The notes under the pieces: model-generated
What the model saw: the letters and a program-made list of their open reading frames with translations, nothing else
Told to the model about the DNA's origin: nothing
Databases searched by the model: none
Made by a program: the position numbers and the translations under genes
Origin: Candidatus Latescibacterota bacterium
Lineage (GTDB): Bacteria; Latescibacterota; UBA2968
DNA length: 64,000 nucleotides
Assembly: GCA_965198115.1 (NCBI GenBank)
Contig: OZ240241.1
Coordinates: 4,352,001 to 4,416,000 of the forward strand
Direction of reading: 5' to 3'
In this document: piece by piece, positions 1 to 11,878 of the stretch
Numbering within the stretch: the stretch's first letter is position 1
Layout: each line of letters starts with the position of its first letter

Positions 1-475
1 CGACAATCTGTGGGACGTCGTGATGATCGGGTTCAACATCCTCAACCAGTCGGCTCGCGACAGAGTATTCACGAAATCCATCGCGAACGACGTCGCAATC
101 CAGGTGATGTTCGCCGTTCGCAAGGCGCTTAGTGATATGGAGTTCCTGGCCGAGACCGTCGCCTCGCTGATCGAAGAGGGCCACGTCGATGCAGAGGACA
201 TCAACGACCCGGAACATCCGCTCGGGTTTCTGCTGCACGACGATGGCGCGGTCACGATACCCGATGCCGCGTATCGCTTCTGCAACTACGAACCAGGCAC
301 GCACGTCATCCTCTCGGGGACAGGCAAACCGGAACATCTCGTGCAGAACATTGCCAGTCTCGAGCGCGGCCCTCTTCCTGACGCGGATGTCGAGCGGCTC
401 AAGAAGATCTTTCGGAGAGTAGATTCGATTACGGGTCAGGGGGAATGGGGAGGGGATCCGGGGCCGAAGAAGTGA
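1..475 (+). CDS. Aldo/keto reductase, 5'-truncated by window edge
   Basis: C-terminal part closely parallels the adjacent AKR (WDVxMIGFNILNQS, IPDAAYRFCNxEPGTHVILSGTG). Confidence 0.85.
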   Translation, partial: DNLWDVVMIGFNILNQSARDRVFTKSIANDVAIQVMFAVRKALSDMEFLAETVASLIEEGHVDAEDINDPEHPLGFLLHDDGAVTIPDAAYRFCNYEPGTHVILSGTGKPEHLVQNIASLERGPLPDADVERLKKIFRRVDSITGQGEWGGDPGPKK

Positions 476-523
476 AGGCGGCCTGTCACGGCCGTCGCTC
501 CTCAAAGTGAGCCCGCAAGCAAC

Positions 524-593
524 GTCACTTCGAGCGGAGTCGAGAAGTCGTTCCAATCGCTCTGGGCGGGTTCTCGACTCCGCTCGAACTGAC
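524..593. repeat. REP-like inverted repeat, 23-bp arms with 1 mismatch
   Basis: GTCACTTCGAGCGGAGTCGAGAA (524-546) and TTCTCGACTCCGCTCGAACTGAC (571-593). Confidence 0.85.
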
Positions 594-661
594 CGCCGCG
601 CATCTGTTACGAAATCTGACTCCGTGGTGACAGTCTATGACACCACATCCGTGAGGGCCAC

Positions 662-1594
662 GTGGATCGTGTCAAGCTAGGTCGAACAGGGTTGGACGTC
701 AGTGTGATGGGCATCGGTGCCGGCGGGCCCAGCGGGATGGGAAAGCGTGCCGGAATGTCCGAGACGGAGTCGGCGGGTATTCTGCTTCAGGCCTTCGATG
801 CGGGCGTTAATTTTGTCGACACCTCAGAAAATTATGGCACCGAACCCGCGATCGGTGTCGCCCTCAAAGAAATCCCCCGCGATCAGCTGATCATCTCCAC
901 GAAGAAAAGCTCGAGCGACGCAAAAGCGGCGGACGTCGCGCCCGGCCTCGAGAATAGCCTGTCGCGTCTCAGCACCGATTACATCGACGTCTACAATCTG
1001 CACGGCGTCTTTCCCGCTGACTACAAGCGGTGCGCCGAAGAGCTCTACCCGGAGCTCGTCAAGCTGAAGGAGGCTGGCAAGATTCGATTCATCGGGATGT
1101 CCGAGAAATTCAACGACGACACCGAACACGCGATGGCCCCGATGGCCTTCGCCGACGACATCTGGGATGTGATGATGATCGGCTTCAACATCCTCAACCA
1201 GTCGGGTCGCGAAAGGGTCCTCGCCAAGGCGATCGAGCAGAAGGTCGGCATACAGGTGATGTTTGCCGTGCGAAAAGCCTTGAGCAATGCTGAGTACCTC
1301 GCCGAAACCGTCGCGTCCCTCATCGAAGCCGGCCAGGTCGATGCCGACGACATCGATGACCCGACCGATCCTCTCGCGTTTCTCCTACACGAAAACGGCG
1401 CCGAGAGCATTCCCGACGCCGCCTACCGCTTCTGCAACCACGAGCCCGGCACCCACGTCATCCTGTCAGGCACGGGCAATCCGGATCATCTCAAAGAGAA
1501 CATCGCCAGCCTCGAGCGAGGGCCGTTGCCGAAGGATGATGTCGAGCGGCTGAAGCATATGTTCCGGGATGTGGATTCGATTACGGGGCAGTAG
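662..1594 (+). CDS. Aldo/keto reductase
   Basis: LGRTGLDVSVMGIG, GVNFVDTSENYG, IISTK, SLSRLSTDYIDVYNLH: AKR catalytic D/Y/K/H motifs. Confidence 0.92.
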   Translation: MDRVKLGRTGLDVSVMGIGAGGPSGMGKRAGMSETESAGILLQAFDAGVNFVDTSENYGTEPAIGVALKEIPRDQLIISTKKSSSDAKAADVAPGLENSLSRLSTDYIDVYNLHGVFPADYKRCAEELYPELVKLKEAGKIRFIGMSEKFNDDTEHAMAPMAFADDIWDVMMIGFNILNQSGRERVLAKAIEQKVGIQVMFAVRKALSNAEYLAETVASLIEAGQVDADDIDDPTDPLAFLLHENGAESIPDAAYRFCNHEPGTHVILSGTGNPDHLKENIASLERGPLPKDDVERLKHMFRDVDSITGQ

Positions 1595-1935
1595 GGGACA
1601 CAGAGGTCAGAGGTCGGGTTGGCTGGCCCACGATGTGAGACCGGACTCCTGTCCGGGAACGGGCACCTGGCGATTCCACAGGGGCCCAAGAATCAGGCCA
1701 GCGACATTCTATCATCCGGGCTGAATCGATAATCTGTGGGGCCCTTCCCAAGCAGAGCTTGGTCCTACAAAGTCAATGTTCGCGCACAATTGTTGGCCAC
1801 CATAGGCTTCGCGTTACAGGTCATTCCCGACTGGAGTCGAGTCCCACCGGAATGTGCGCGTTTGCTGTCGGCTTGGGCTTGGTTGAAAAAGTGGCCCCGG
1901 GGCCACAATCTCTTCCGGTCTGGAGTCCTCCTGGC

Positions 1936-4167
1936 TCACTTCCCTTCTTCCACCAGTTTTAGCATCGCGCGGTTCAGATTCTCTCTGATCCCGAGATCTT
2001 CAGGATTGATCTCCAGCGCGCGCTGGTAGTGCTGAACCGCTCGATCCAGGTCCCCGTCCAGAAAATGTGTGTTGCCCAGATACGTCGCGACCTGCGCCGG
2101 GTCACCGGCGTATTCCCTCGCCAGCGCGATCTGACCTCTCGCTTCATCCGTCATATTGAGAGACATATATACATACGCGAGTTCGAATCGCAGTTCGGCA
2201 TCGCGTGGGCTCGTCGCCAACACCGACCCATACAGGTCGTCCACGTAGCTTCGCTTGAGTTCATTCAGGTTGGCAACAAGCTCGGTGAGATCCGTCTTTT
2301 CAACTGCCTCGGTTACGGCTGCACCGAGCATCTCATACGTGAAAGACGGTTCGGCCGACGGGTAACGCAACCAGGCCTCGTGGATTGGCCGAACGCGCGT
2401 TCGCCAATCGGACAACCCTCGCAACTGATCGAGTCCAGCTTGCCAGACGTCCTTGAAGGACCTCGCCCATAGCGTCGTTTCGACCGGCACCCAGAGCGAT
2501 CCGCGAAACGCCAGGAGACGGTCTTCCGGGATACCAAGCCGGTGGATCTCCGAGACCCTTACCCCCGTATCGAACATCGCGAAGATGTGACCGGGCACGT
2601 CCACTACGGCAGTCGGGATACCCAGATTCTCCAGTAAGGAGCAATAGAGAACCGTGCAGTCGTCGCAATCACCCGTGCGCCGCTCGAGCAGCTCCCTTGG
2701 GTATTGAATGTTGTCGAAAGGCCATTCGGCATCAATCGCTTCGACGTAGGGACTGTTGGGATCGATCTGATAACGGATCCCAAAGTGTCTGAGCGCCTCG
2801 AAAACAGCTGCCGCCTGCACGAGGCTCCGCTCCATCGACCTGAGTCGCGACCGCTCCGTGACGGCGTGGGACACTTCCCTCGCAAACCGCTCGACTTCGG
2901 CATCCCGACTGGTGACGAAGGCTGCCGCACGTCCGATATCGTCCCAGAGCATCGCCCCTCTTCCATAGACGACGAGCTTACTGCTCTGCTTGTCAGACCG
3001 TGTCCGGGTCGCTGTCGCGTATTCCACTTCGACCTCCACCGGCAAAGCGATGTCCCGCGTCAGATCGGCCATCTCGTCCGGAAGCGCGACCGTCAGGGGC
3101 ACCACCTGTTCGCGCTTGCCTTTCCTAGCGATGAACGTCTGTCGGTATGGAACCGTTTCATAGCCTGGTGTCGAGATGGTGAGGCGGCATTCTATCGTTT
3201 TGCCCGAGGTGTTGAGGATGCGAACCTCGCCCACGGGCTGCCCTTGGTAGGTTTTGTAATAGGAAGCGAACAGCTCGTCGCTCTCGATGCCAACCACGCG
3301 AACGGCAGACGAGGCAGGATCGAAGGAAGCCGTCAACCCGAAACGTTGCGTCTGACCCAGGCCACGCCGACCCGGCAGATGGGAGATATCGAACTGCAGT
3401 GCGCGATACTTGACACCTACACCGAACGTGAGCCTGACAGGATCCGACGTCCGAAGGTCCTTTTTCACACCCATCCGAAGCGCGAGTGCATCTCGCCACA
3501 CGAATTCACCGCCAAGGTGGAGGCCGCGATCGACGTCCAGGGCCACCAACGCGTCTGTCCGGATGTTCCAGGCCAGACCCGCTCTCAACGTTCGTGGGAG
3601 CGGGTCCGCAGAGCCCCCGTCCTCATACGTCACTCCGGTGTTCGTCACATCGTGGAGCGAGGCCCCCAAACGGAGATTCGGTGTAATGGGCCACAGCATC
3701 CCGATGTCCACACCGAACCCCGACCCTTTTCCCACGGACTGACCATCTAGAGATGTATCCGTCAACAGGTATTTTGCTCCCAGCCCCACGGACACCCCTC
3801 TGGGGAGACCCGCAGCAAGCGCCACCTTCATCACGTTTCGGATGAAATCAAGCTCCCCGTCGCCGAACCCGATGTGCTGCCAATCCCCACCGATGGCGAG
3901 ACGACGCGCAATCGGCAGTCCATAGGCCACGTAATTCGTGCGGATGCCGGTTCCATACAGATCGGCCTGCGAGAAAGTCGCCTCGTGCCGTTCCAGGGAC
4001 AGCAGGCCTGCCGCGTTGTAGAACACCGCATTGACATCGTCAGCCACCGCGGTATAGGCCCCGCCCAGTGCCAGTGGCCGCGTCCCAACCAGCACGTTCC
4101 CGATGGACTGCCCCTGAGCGTGGTCGCTTAACACCAGGAAGAGAGCGATCGCTGTCACTCTCACCAT
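1936..4167 (-). CDS. PorV/UPF0164-family beta-barrel fused to transglutaminase-like domain and TPR
   Basis: Signal peptide; GTRPLALGGAYTAVADDVNAVFYNAAGL PorV-family motif; GDCDD...PGHIF...WVPVETT transglutaminase-like core; C-terminal TPR (LGNTHFLDGDLDRAVQHYQRALEINP); ATG 4167 with GGAGG RBS. Confidence 0.8.
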   Translation of the reverse strand: MVRVTAIALFLVLSDHAQGQSIGNVLVGTRPLALGGAYTAVADDVNAVFYNAAGLLSLERHEATFSQADLYGTGIRTNYVAYGLPIARRLAIGGDWQHIGFGDGELDFIRNVMKVALAAGLPRGVSVGLGAKYLLTDTSLDGQSVGKGSGFGVDIGMLWPITPNLRLGASLHDVTNTGVTYEDGGSADPLPRTLRAGLAWNIRTDALVALDVDRGLHLGGEFVWRDALALRMGVKKDLRTSDPVRLTFGVGVKYRALQFDISHLPGRRGLGQTQRFGLTASFDPASSAVRVVGIESDELFASYYKTYQGQPVGEVRILNTSGKTIECRLTISTPGYETVPYRQTFIARKGKREQVVPLTVALPDEMADLTRDIALPVEVEVEYATATRTRSDKQSSKLVVYGRGAMLWDDIGRAAAFVTSRDAEVERFAREVSHAVTERSRLRSMERSLVQAAAVFEALRHFGIRYQIDPNSPYVEAIDAEWPFDNIQYPRELLERRTGDCDDCTVLYCSLLENLGIPTAVVDVPGHIFAMFDTGVRVSEIHRLGIPEDRLLAFRGSLWVPVETTLWARSFKDVWQAGLDQLRGLSDWRTRVRPIHEAWLRYPSAEPSFTYEMLGAAVTEAVEKTDLTELVANLNELKRSYVDDLYGSVLATSPRDAELRFELAYVYMSLNMTDEARGQIALAREYAGDPAQVATYLGNTHFLDGDLDRAVQHYQRALEINPEDLGIRENLNRAMLKLVEEGK

Positions 4168-4214
4168 CGACCTCCATTTCGAAAGCGTGCGCGCACGCGA
4201 ACAGCCACGAAACA

Positions 4215-6520
4215 TCAGTTCGCCCCTCCGAACGCCTGGGCGAATTCGAGAAAGTCGGGAAACCCGATATCGCTGTCGCCGTTCAGATCAAACCGGTCGT
4301 CAAAGCGATCATCTGCAGAATCCGCACCGAAGACGGCCGCGAACGCCAGGAAGTCCCCAAAGTCGACGTTGCCGTCCCCGTTGAAATCAGAAGTCTTGCT
4401 TCCCCCTCCCGTCAACCTGAATCCCTCTACGATGCGAATCCTGTCATTGTCGGTGTCAGCGATGATCAGATTCCCGCGTGGTCAATGAAGACATCCGACG
4501 GCCGATCGAGGCTCGCGTCCGTCGCAGCCCCGGCGTCCCCGTAAAACTCCGAATTCCCGTCTCCGGCGACAGTAGAGATCACACCCGTCACCGTATCGAC
4601 AACCCGAATTCGATCGTCCCCCCATTCTGCAATGAACACATTGCCTGACCCGTCGACCGACACCCCGATCGGGGAATCCAGCCGGGTCTCGGTCGCCAAT
4701 CCACCGTCTCCCTCGGTGAACGAGGAGCTTCCGGCGACCGTGGTGATGATCCCCGTTGCGGCGTCGACCTTCCGGATCCGGTTGTTGCCATCGACGATGT
4801 AGAGGTTTCCTCCGCTGTCCACGTGAACGTCGCCTGAGAGGCTCAGACCCGCTTCGGTCGCAAGCCCCCCGTCACCCGAGAATTCGCGCTGGCCGTTACC
4901 TGCGACGGTCTGGATCACACCCGACGAACCATCCACTCTTCGGATTCGGCTGTTCCCAAGATCCGCGATGAACAGGTTGTGATCGTCGTCCACGTGAACG
5001 CCGAAGACGCCGTCGAGCCGTGCCTCCGTTGCCGGTCCACCGTCGCCCGCAAAACTGCCGCTTCCGAATTCCGTCGGTCCACTTCCAGCCACGGTCGAAA
5101 TCAGACCCGTTTCCACATCGACTCTTCTGACACGGTGATTCAGTGCGTCCGCGATGTAGAGGTGTCCCAACGTACAGATGTGTATGTCTTCGGGCCCGAA
5201 GAACGTGGCTTCGGTTGCGAGCCCATCATCTCCCGAGAAGCTTCCGTTTTCCTGTCCTGTCGGTCCACTGCCCGCCACCGTGCTGATACGACCCGTCTGC
5301 GCACTGATCACCCGTACCCGCTGGTTGCCGGTATCGGCGATGTAGAGGTCGCCCTTGCCATCGACGAACGTCCCCGTCGGTGTCTTGAGCCTGGCGTCTG
5401 TGGCAGGTCCGTCGTCACCCGCCAGCGTCAGATCGGGATTTCCCGCAACGGTTGAAATGAGCCCGGTTTCCACATCGACCTTCCGGATGCGACCGTTGAA
5501 GTTGTCAGAGATGTAGATGTCGCCGGCCGGGTTGAGGAATACATCGTTAGGCCCCCAAAGGCTGGTTTCCGTCGCCTGAATCCCGTCTCCGGAAAAGCTC
5601 TGCTGACCGTTTCCAGCCACGGTCGAGATCACGCCGGTTGCAGCATCGATCCTCCTGACCCGATCCCCAACGACCGTGAAGAAAACGTTCCCCTCAGCAT
5701 CGACGAACAGACCACCGGGCGAGCTGAGCATCGCATCGGTCGCCGCCGCCCCGTCTCCGGAAAAACCCCTTTCGCCTGTTCCCGCAATCGTGGAAATGAT
5801 TCCGGACGGGGCGACCCTCCGAACACGTTGATTGCCAGCGTCCGTGATGTAGATGGACCCGTCACTCGTCACATAGAGGGATGTCGATCGATCCAGCACA
5901 GCCTCCGATGCCTGTCCTCCATCGCCGGAGAATCCAGAGTCCCTCGTACCGACGATCGAGGAGATGACGCCTGACTCGGCGTCGACTTTCAGGATCCGTG
6001 GGTTGAAAAAGCCTCCATCAGCGATGTAGACATTGCCCACCGAATCCACATACAGGTCCTCCGGTCCGTCCAGACCCGTCTCCGTCGCGGGCCCACCGTC
6101 GCCCGAGAACCCCCGCTCTCCGTTTCCGGCTATGGTCGTAATCAGGCCATCCAGGCCAACTCTACGAATCCTCAGTCGCTCCACGAAGTAGATCATCCCG
6201 CCTCTGACGAACACCGCGAGGGGTCTGTCCAGACTGGCCTCGGTGGAGGGACCGCCGTCGCCGGCGTATCGTTCCTCTCCGTTGCCGGCCATCGACACAA
6301 TCATACCTGTCTCGGCATCCACCTTCCGAATCCGGCTGTAGAGCCAGTCCGCGATGTAGACGTCCTCACGTTCATCGACGAAGATTCCTTGCGGACCCAG
6401 GTTCGCCTCTGTGGCAAGTCCGTTGTCCCCCACGGACCCGCCCGCGATGGTACGGATCTGGCCCGTGTCCGCGTGCAGCGGCTGCAGGAGCGAGAGCGTC
6501 CATATGACGACGTGGATCAT
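4215..6520 (-). CDS. Secreted NHL-repeat beta-propeller protein with C-terminal dockerin-like EF-hand domain; frameshift at about 4473
   Basis: Repeated GDGGxATxAxL..P.GV.VD..GNxYIAD..N.RIR units; adding one G at 4473-4475 gives AGNLIIADTDNDRIRIVEG and joins the SDFNGDGNVDFGDFLAFAAVFG...DLNGDSDIGFPDFLEF ORF (4215-4415). Confidence 0.8.
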
Positions 6521-6544
6521 CAGGTTATCCTTCCCTACTCGACG

Positions 6545-9500
6545 TCATCGGTTGACGACGGCGACCGTTTTGTTGGCAGACACACCCTCGGCCTGGATCA
6601 CGACGATATACAGACCATCCCGAACGACGTTGCCCGACCGATCGATCCCATCCCACCGCACCGTGTTGAGCCCGCCGCTGAGCAAACGGCTTTCGAGCAC
6701 GCGACGGACCAGAAAACCCGACAACCCATAGATGTTCACGTCGACGGCCGAAGACGTGCCCAGCTCGAAGGAGATGTCCGTGGTCCCTGGATAGAGCTGA
6801 CCACCGGGAGAGATGACCCGCGGTTGGCACACCACGTTAGCAATGCCACGCTGTCCCGTCGCGGGCAGCGCCTGGAACAGAGCAAAGATCCCGGGTTCGT
6901 CGATTCCTACGGAGATGACGTCATCCCGGTCGCTGACCGTACCACCGAGCCGCTCCCATCCCGCTGGCCCCAGCCGATACACCGCGAGGATCGAGCCGTT
7001 GGTCTCACGGGATCCGAGAAGATCGATAGTCAGAGTACTGCGTTTGGCAAAAACCACTTCCGATGGTCCAATCGAGTAGGCCGCCTCGAACGACATTGCA
7101 TCCACAGGCATCGGAGGAAGCGCGTCGAGGGTGACGATCGCGACTTCTACCGTCGCGTCAGATGCCAGGCCGTTTGGCGGGATCATCAACGCCACCTGTC
7201 CTCCCGCCTCTGAGACCACCCCCCCGGCCTCGTCGTCGATGGCACCCAGTGCCGACACGAGCGTCACGTCGACGAGATGATCGCTGAGATGCCCCAGTCG
7301 GTCGCGGGCGGAGAGTCGCACCACGTACGGACCATCGTCCAGTTCGTCAGTTCGCCAGGTGCCAAGGACCCCGCTGCTCACGGGGTTCGATTGAGCTGCA
7401 TCCACGGGTTGCCATTCATCCGTCAGCTCGTCCGATGTCCCCGGTGCGTACTCCAGCTGATAGATCTCGAGATCGGGCGTCTCTGATCGATCGATGGCAA
7501 CCCCAATCAGATCGACATCCCCGCTGACGACATCTCCCGTTCGAGGCGATGTGATCGCAGCCGTGGGGCCGGTCAGGTCCGCCACGAACGTGAAGCTGGC
7601 AGGCGTGGCATCGGGATTCCCATATCGATCCTGGGCGCGCATCCAGACCGTCCACGATCCATTCCCAAACCCGGTGATCTCGAAGCTCGATGCGTGCTGG
7701 AAAGAGGACCATTCTGCTTCCCCGGGAAGGCGGTCCTCGCTGGTGAGGGCATGCGCAAGCGGCGGAAAATCGTTTGTCCCCGCGTCAAACCCCCGGCCCT
7801 CGACCAAAAACCGGCCCTCGCCCAGCGGCGACGGCGGACGACGGACGATCCGGGTCTGCAGGATGCCACCGGTGGGTCGATTGAAGACACTGATTCCCTC
7901 ATCGGTTCCAAACCACATCCGGCCATCAGGTCCCTGGAGAACCGAGAACACCTGATTTGAAATAAGTCCGTCCCGCTCCGTAAAATGCTGAAGTGTCTGG
8001 CCATCGTATCGCGTCACGCCTGAGCGTCCGGAGGAAGTCTCGATACCCTCGAACTCCAGTTGCCCCCCGCGTACGGTACCGAGCCAGATCGCCCCATCTT
8101 CTCCCTCGGCAATCGACCGGACGTCGTCGGACAGCAACCCGTCCGCCTGCGTGATCGTCTCCCACCGTCCCGCATCGAGTTTCCAGGCCCCATCCCCGAA
8201 GGTCCCAACCCATAGATCACCGCCGCGCGTTATGTGAAGGGCGTTCACGCTCTGATCCAGAACCGGTGTAAACCGACCGTGCTGGAATCGGCTCAGTCCT
8301 GAGCCGCCAAACCAGATCGCTCCGTCCGCAGTCTGAGTGATTTCGCTGACTGTCCCGAACAGGAAAAACTCTCGAGTCGTGTCGCTGGACAGTTCGTTCT
8401 GGGAATAGGTTCGGAATTCACCGTTCCACAGGCGGGACGCACCGAGAGCACCCCCAAACCACATCGCACCGTCGGCCGACTGGAAGATGGCCTCTGACCC
8501 TGCCAGACCGTCCGCCCTCTGGACACCCGGCCAGGAATCTCCAACCAGACGCCGAATCGACGGATCAGCGTCCAGTCCGAGCCAGATGGTACCGTCTGCT
8601 GACTCGGCGATACCCTTCACGAATGCGAACCGCGGCTCGGACCACGTCTGCCCGTCGAATCGACTGACCCCGGCCGTCGTCCCTGCCCAGATCGTCCCAT
8701 CCGAGGCTTCCTCGATGTCGTACACATAGTCGGCACCCAAGCCGTCGTCCGCGTCGTAGAGCTCCTCCGTGGCATTTCTCAAGATGCCAACGGTCGTCGC
8801 GAACCACATCTCGCCGGTCGAGATCTGGATGATGTCGGTCACGTTCAAAATGGACTGCGCAGAAGAGCCGAAGAAGCCCACCTCGGGTAGTCGCCAGACT
8901 TCCCCATCATATTGTCCCACACCGGAGGTTGTTCCAACCCAGATCAGGCCGTCATCCGATTGGAGAATGGTCGAGATGTGGTCGCCAGGCAGACCGTCGT
9001 CCGTTGTGAATCGCTCCCACTCCGATTCGTCCCAGCGGGTGATCCCTCCCCCGTCGCTCCCGAACCACATCGTTCCATTGCTCGACTGATGGATGGCGGT
9101 CACGGGCTGAGAGGGAATGCCATCCTCCGAGTGCAGAGACGTCCAGATCCCTCCCTCGTGCCTCAACACCCCCAGGGAGGTACCGAACCAGGTCGCGCCA
9201 TCAATGGACTGGTGCACGGAGTGTACCGTGAAGTTGACCCCCGTGATGATCGACTGAACGACTTCGGGCAAGCCAGCGAATTCAAAGTGGAACTGGCGAA
9301 GCTGACCATCCGCGAAACGGAACACGCGATCGGGTCGATTCAGAAACCAGATCGAGCCATCGGATGAGGCATAAGCCTCGACCACGGGTCCAACTGGTTT
9401 CGAAGGTTGGTAAGTAGCCCAGTCACCATCACGGTAGTGGCTGACCGCCGATTCACCGAACCCGTTCTCCCCGAACCAGAGCGAGCCATCCACCGCACGA

Positions 9501-10690
9501 AACATCGTCGTGATTCCCCTTCGTTGATCGACGACCTGCGGTACGTCAAACGGCTGCCACGATTCGCCGTCGAATCGACTGACGCCGCGGACGCTTCCAG
9601 CCGGACCTGCCCACACGTCGCCATCGGATGTGTGGTACAGCCAGGAAAAGTCGCCTGCCACCTCTGGTGTCTGGCCTCCTCCGAAGGAGGTCCATAGCGG
9701 TCCGGTATACCGGGTGACGCCGTCGATGGTACCGATCCACAGCGCTCCGTCTGTCGATTCGATCACCGACCGCGCGTGATTGGCCGCAAGCCCATCATCG
9801 ACATTGAAATGCACCCACGCGTCATCATCGAAGCGGCTGAGTCCACCACGAACACCGTCGAAATCGGTCCCCGATGTCACCCAGATCGATCCGTCCGCCG
9901 ACTCGCTAATGGAGGTGATCAGAAACCACGGGAGCTCGGTAAACAGCTCGTATTCGGTGCCAAGGAGCCGAACGACCTTTCCAATGTGCCCGAACCAGAT
10001 CGAACCGTCGGTCGCCTCGTAGATCGTGACGGGGCTGATGACGAGCTGACTGGCAATGGACTCGGGTAAGGGTGGGATGCCACCCCAGTCCTGACCGTTA
10101 AAACGCCCGATACCCCGACCATCGCCCATAAACCAGAGCGCGCCGTCGGAGGTCTCGTAGATCTGCGACACGGCGAAGGGGGGCACACCGCTGTTGAAGC
10201 TGTGGAAAGACTCCCATACACCATCTGCACGTCGTGTGGCTCCATCTGTGGTCCCGAACCACATTGCGCCGTCGGAAGCCTCGGTCACGGCCAGTACATC
10301 ATTGCCGGCCAGCCCATCCCTCTCCGTAAACGTGATCCAGTTCAAGCCATCGTAGCGGCTGGCCCCTCCCACATCATCTCCAAAGTCGTTTGTGAATCCG
10401 CACCCGAACCACATCGCACCATCGGATGACTGCGTAATGGCGTGGATGTTGTTGTGAGCAAGCCCGCCACCGGTGTTCTCGACCGTGAACGTCTGCCACG
10501 TTCCGTCGAAGCGGCTGACCCCATCAAGCGTGGCGAACCAGAGCGCGCCATCGTCAGACTGAAACACACGGGATACGTGGTCGAACGCGAGCCCATCTTC
10601 CTGAACGAACGTTCGCCACTGTTGGGCCTGCGTCCCACGCAGGCAAAAGTGACGCCGAGGGCAACCAGGATAGACTTAAGGGTTCGCGAA
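6545..10690 (-). CDS. Large secreted two-component-regulator-type (Reg_prop) beta-propeller protein with Ig-like domains and FlgD-like C-terminal sorting domain; start uncertain, frameshift at about 10635
   Basis: Many DGL..N.V..I.QxxDGxxWFGT repeats; C-terminal IYGLSGFLVRRV...NTVRWDGIDRSGNVVRDGLYIV; signal-peptide-like KSILVALGVTFACVG lies in a shifted frame upstream of TQAQQWRTF. Confidence 0.8.
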
Positions 10691-10736
10691 TAAAAAAAGA
10701 GGACGCCGGCTCGCGCTGGTCGTCCCCAGGTTCTTC

Positions 10737-10758
10737 TTCGTGCCTTCGTGACTTCGTG
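10737..10758. repeat. Short 9-bp-period tandem repeat (TTCGTGnc type)
   Basis: TTCGTGCCTTCGTGACTTCGTG, intergenic; units here are 8-9 bp. Confidence 0.5.
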
Positions 10759-10768
10759 TTTCAGCCTT

Positions 10769-11650
10769 TCATCCTCGCGAAAACAACCTCGCCTCCGCCG
10801 TTCCTCCCATGATCAGCTCACGTTCTTCCGCGCTCAGATCAGGCAGCTGCGCATCGATCACCTTCACCAGGTTGTCGTAACCCGGCTCTTCCAGAATCCA
10901 GGGGAAATCAGTCGCCCACATCAATCGATCTGCCTTGAAGTTCTTCAACAGAGTTTCGTGCCATCCCGACAGATCGTCGTAGGGGTACGGTTCTTTCGAG
11001 AACGCATACTGTCCTGACAGTTTGACACAAACGTTCGGGAAGAGATACTGTCCCAGCGTGTTGTAGCGTGTGACCGGCGGAATCGGCACATCGATCTGGG
11101 GTCGTCCCTTGTCGTCGTGGGTAAACGACCCTTCGCCGGGGCAGAAGGCCAGGTGATTGTAAACCACGGTCAGTTCCGGAAACGCTTCCATCAGATGCGG
11201 AACACAGTGATTCTCGGCCGCCGGCGGATACACCCAGATCACGTAATCTTTTTCAGCCGCGTGCTTCCAGACCGGATAGGTCTCGAACGTTCGCACATCG
11301 ATCGCGGCAAGCGGATCGCGCTCGCCCCCGATCTTGAACAGCCTGAACCCGATGATGCCACCGTCGCCCGCAAGCCGATCCATCTGGTCTTCGGGATGCT
11401 GGGGATCCGCAACCAACCCGATTCCCCGAAAGCGGTCGGGGTATTCCTTCAGGCATCGAAGTAAGTAAGCGTGATGCTCCATCTCGAGGCCGCCGATCTG
11501 AGTCAAGATCGCCTTCTCGATCCCGTTCGCTCCCATCGTATCCAGGAGCTTTTCCGCCGTCTCCTCCCGATCGGCTGGCGTATTGTCGCTCACCTCTCGC
11601 GGGAACTCGCTCGAAACCTTCGCAAACACGTGCACGTGCGCATCGATCAT
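10769..11650 (-). CDS. Amidohydrolase_2 family protein (lactonase-like)
   Basis: IDAHVH N-terminal metal motif, NVCVKLSG, RLMWATDFPW, IMGGTA. Confidence 0.88.
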   Translation of the reverse strand: MIDAHVHVFAKVSSEFPREVSDNTPADREETAEKLLDTMGANGIEKAILTQIGGLEMEHHAYLLRCLKEYPDRFRGIGLVADPQHPEDQMDRLAGDGGIIGFRLFKIGGERDPLAAIDVRTFETYPVWKHAAEKDYVIWVYPPAAENHCVPHLMEAFPELTVVYNHLAFCPGEGSFTHDDKGRPQIDVPIPPVTRYNTLGQYLFPNVCVKLSGQYAFSKEPYPYDDLSGWHETLLKNFKADRLMWATDFPWILEEPGYDNLVKVIDAQLPDLSAEERELIMGGTAEARLFSRG

Positions 11651-11662
11651 GATTTTACTCGT

Positions 11663-11725
11663 TTCGCAGCCGTAGCGTGGGACTGAAGCCCCACGCTACG
11701 GCTGCGAAGCCCGGTGAACCGGGCT
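11663..11725. repeat. REP-like palindrome cluster
   Basis: Perfect 19-bp inverted repeat TTCGCAGCCGTAGCGTGGG / CCCACGCTACGGCTGCGAA followed by AGCCCGGTGAACCGGGCT. Confidence 0.85.
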
Positions 11726-11878
11726 GAAGACAAGAGCAACCCCGTTGGCTCCAACCCCGAATAGGGCTACCAGGACGACATCGCACCTGCCTTCCGTGTC
11801 ATCTGTGTGGAGTTTATCCCGAGTAGCTGCCGCAGGCAGCGTACCGAGGGGTGGTTCATTCAGGTTTTCTCAGTGCCC

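Noticed and set aside
1595-1935. Possible gene remnant between convergent genes
   Set aside because: Short ORFs lack an RBS and motifs; cannot be supported
10600-10690. Phase variation by frameshift in the propeller gene signal peptide
   Set aside because: The run is only 3 G, too short for typical slipped-strand switching, and matches the error pattern
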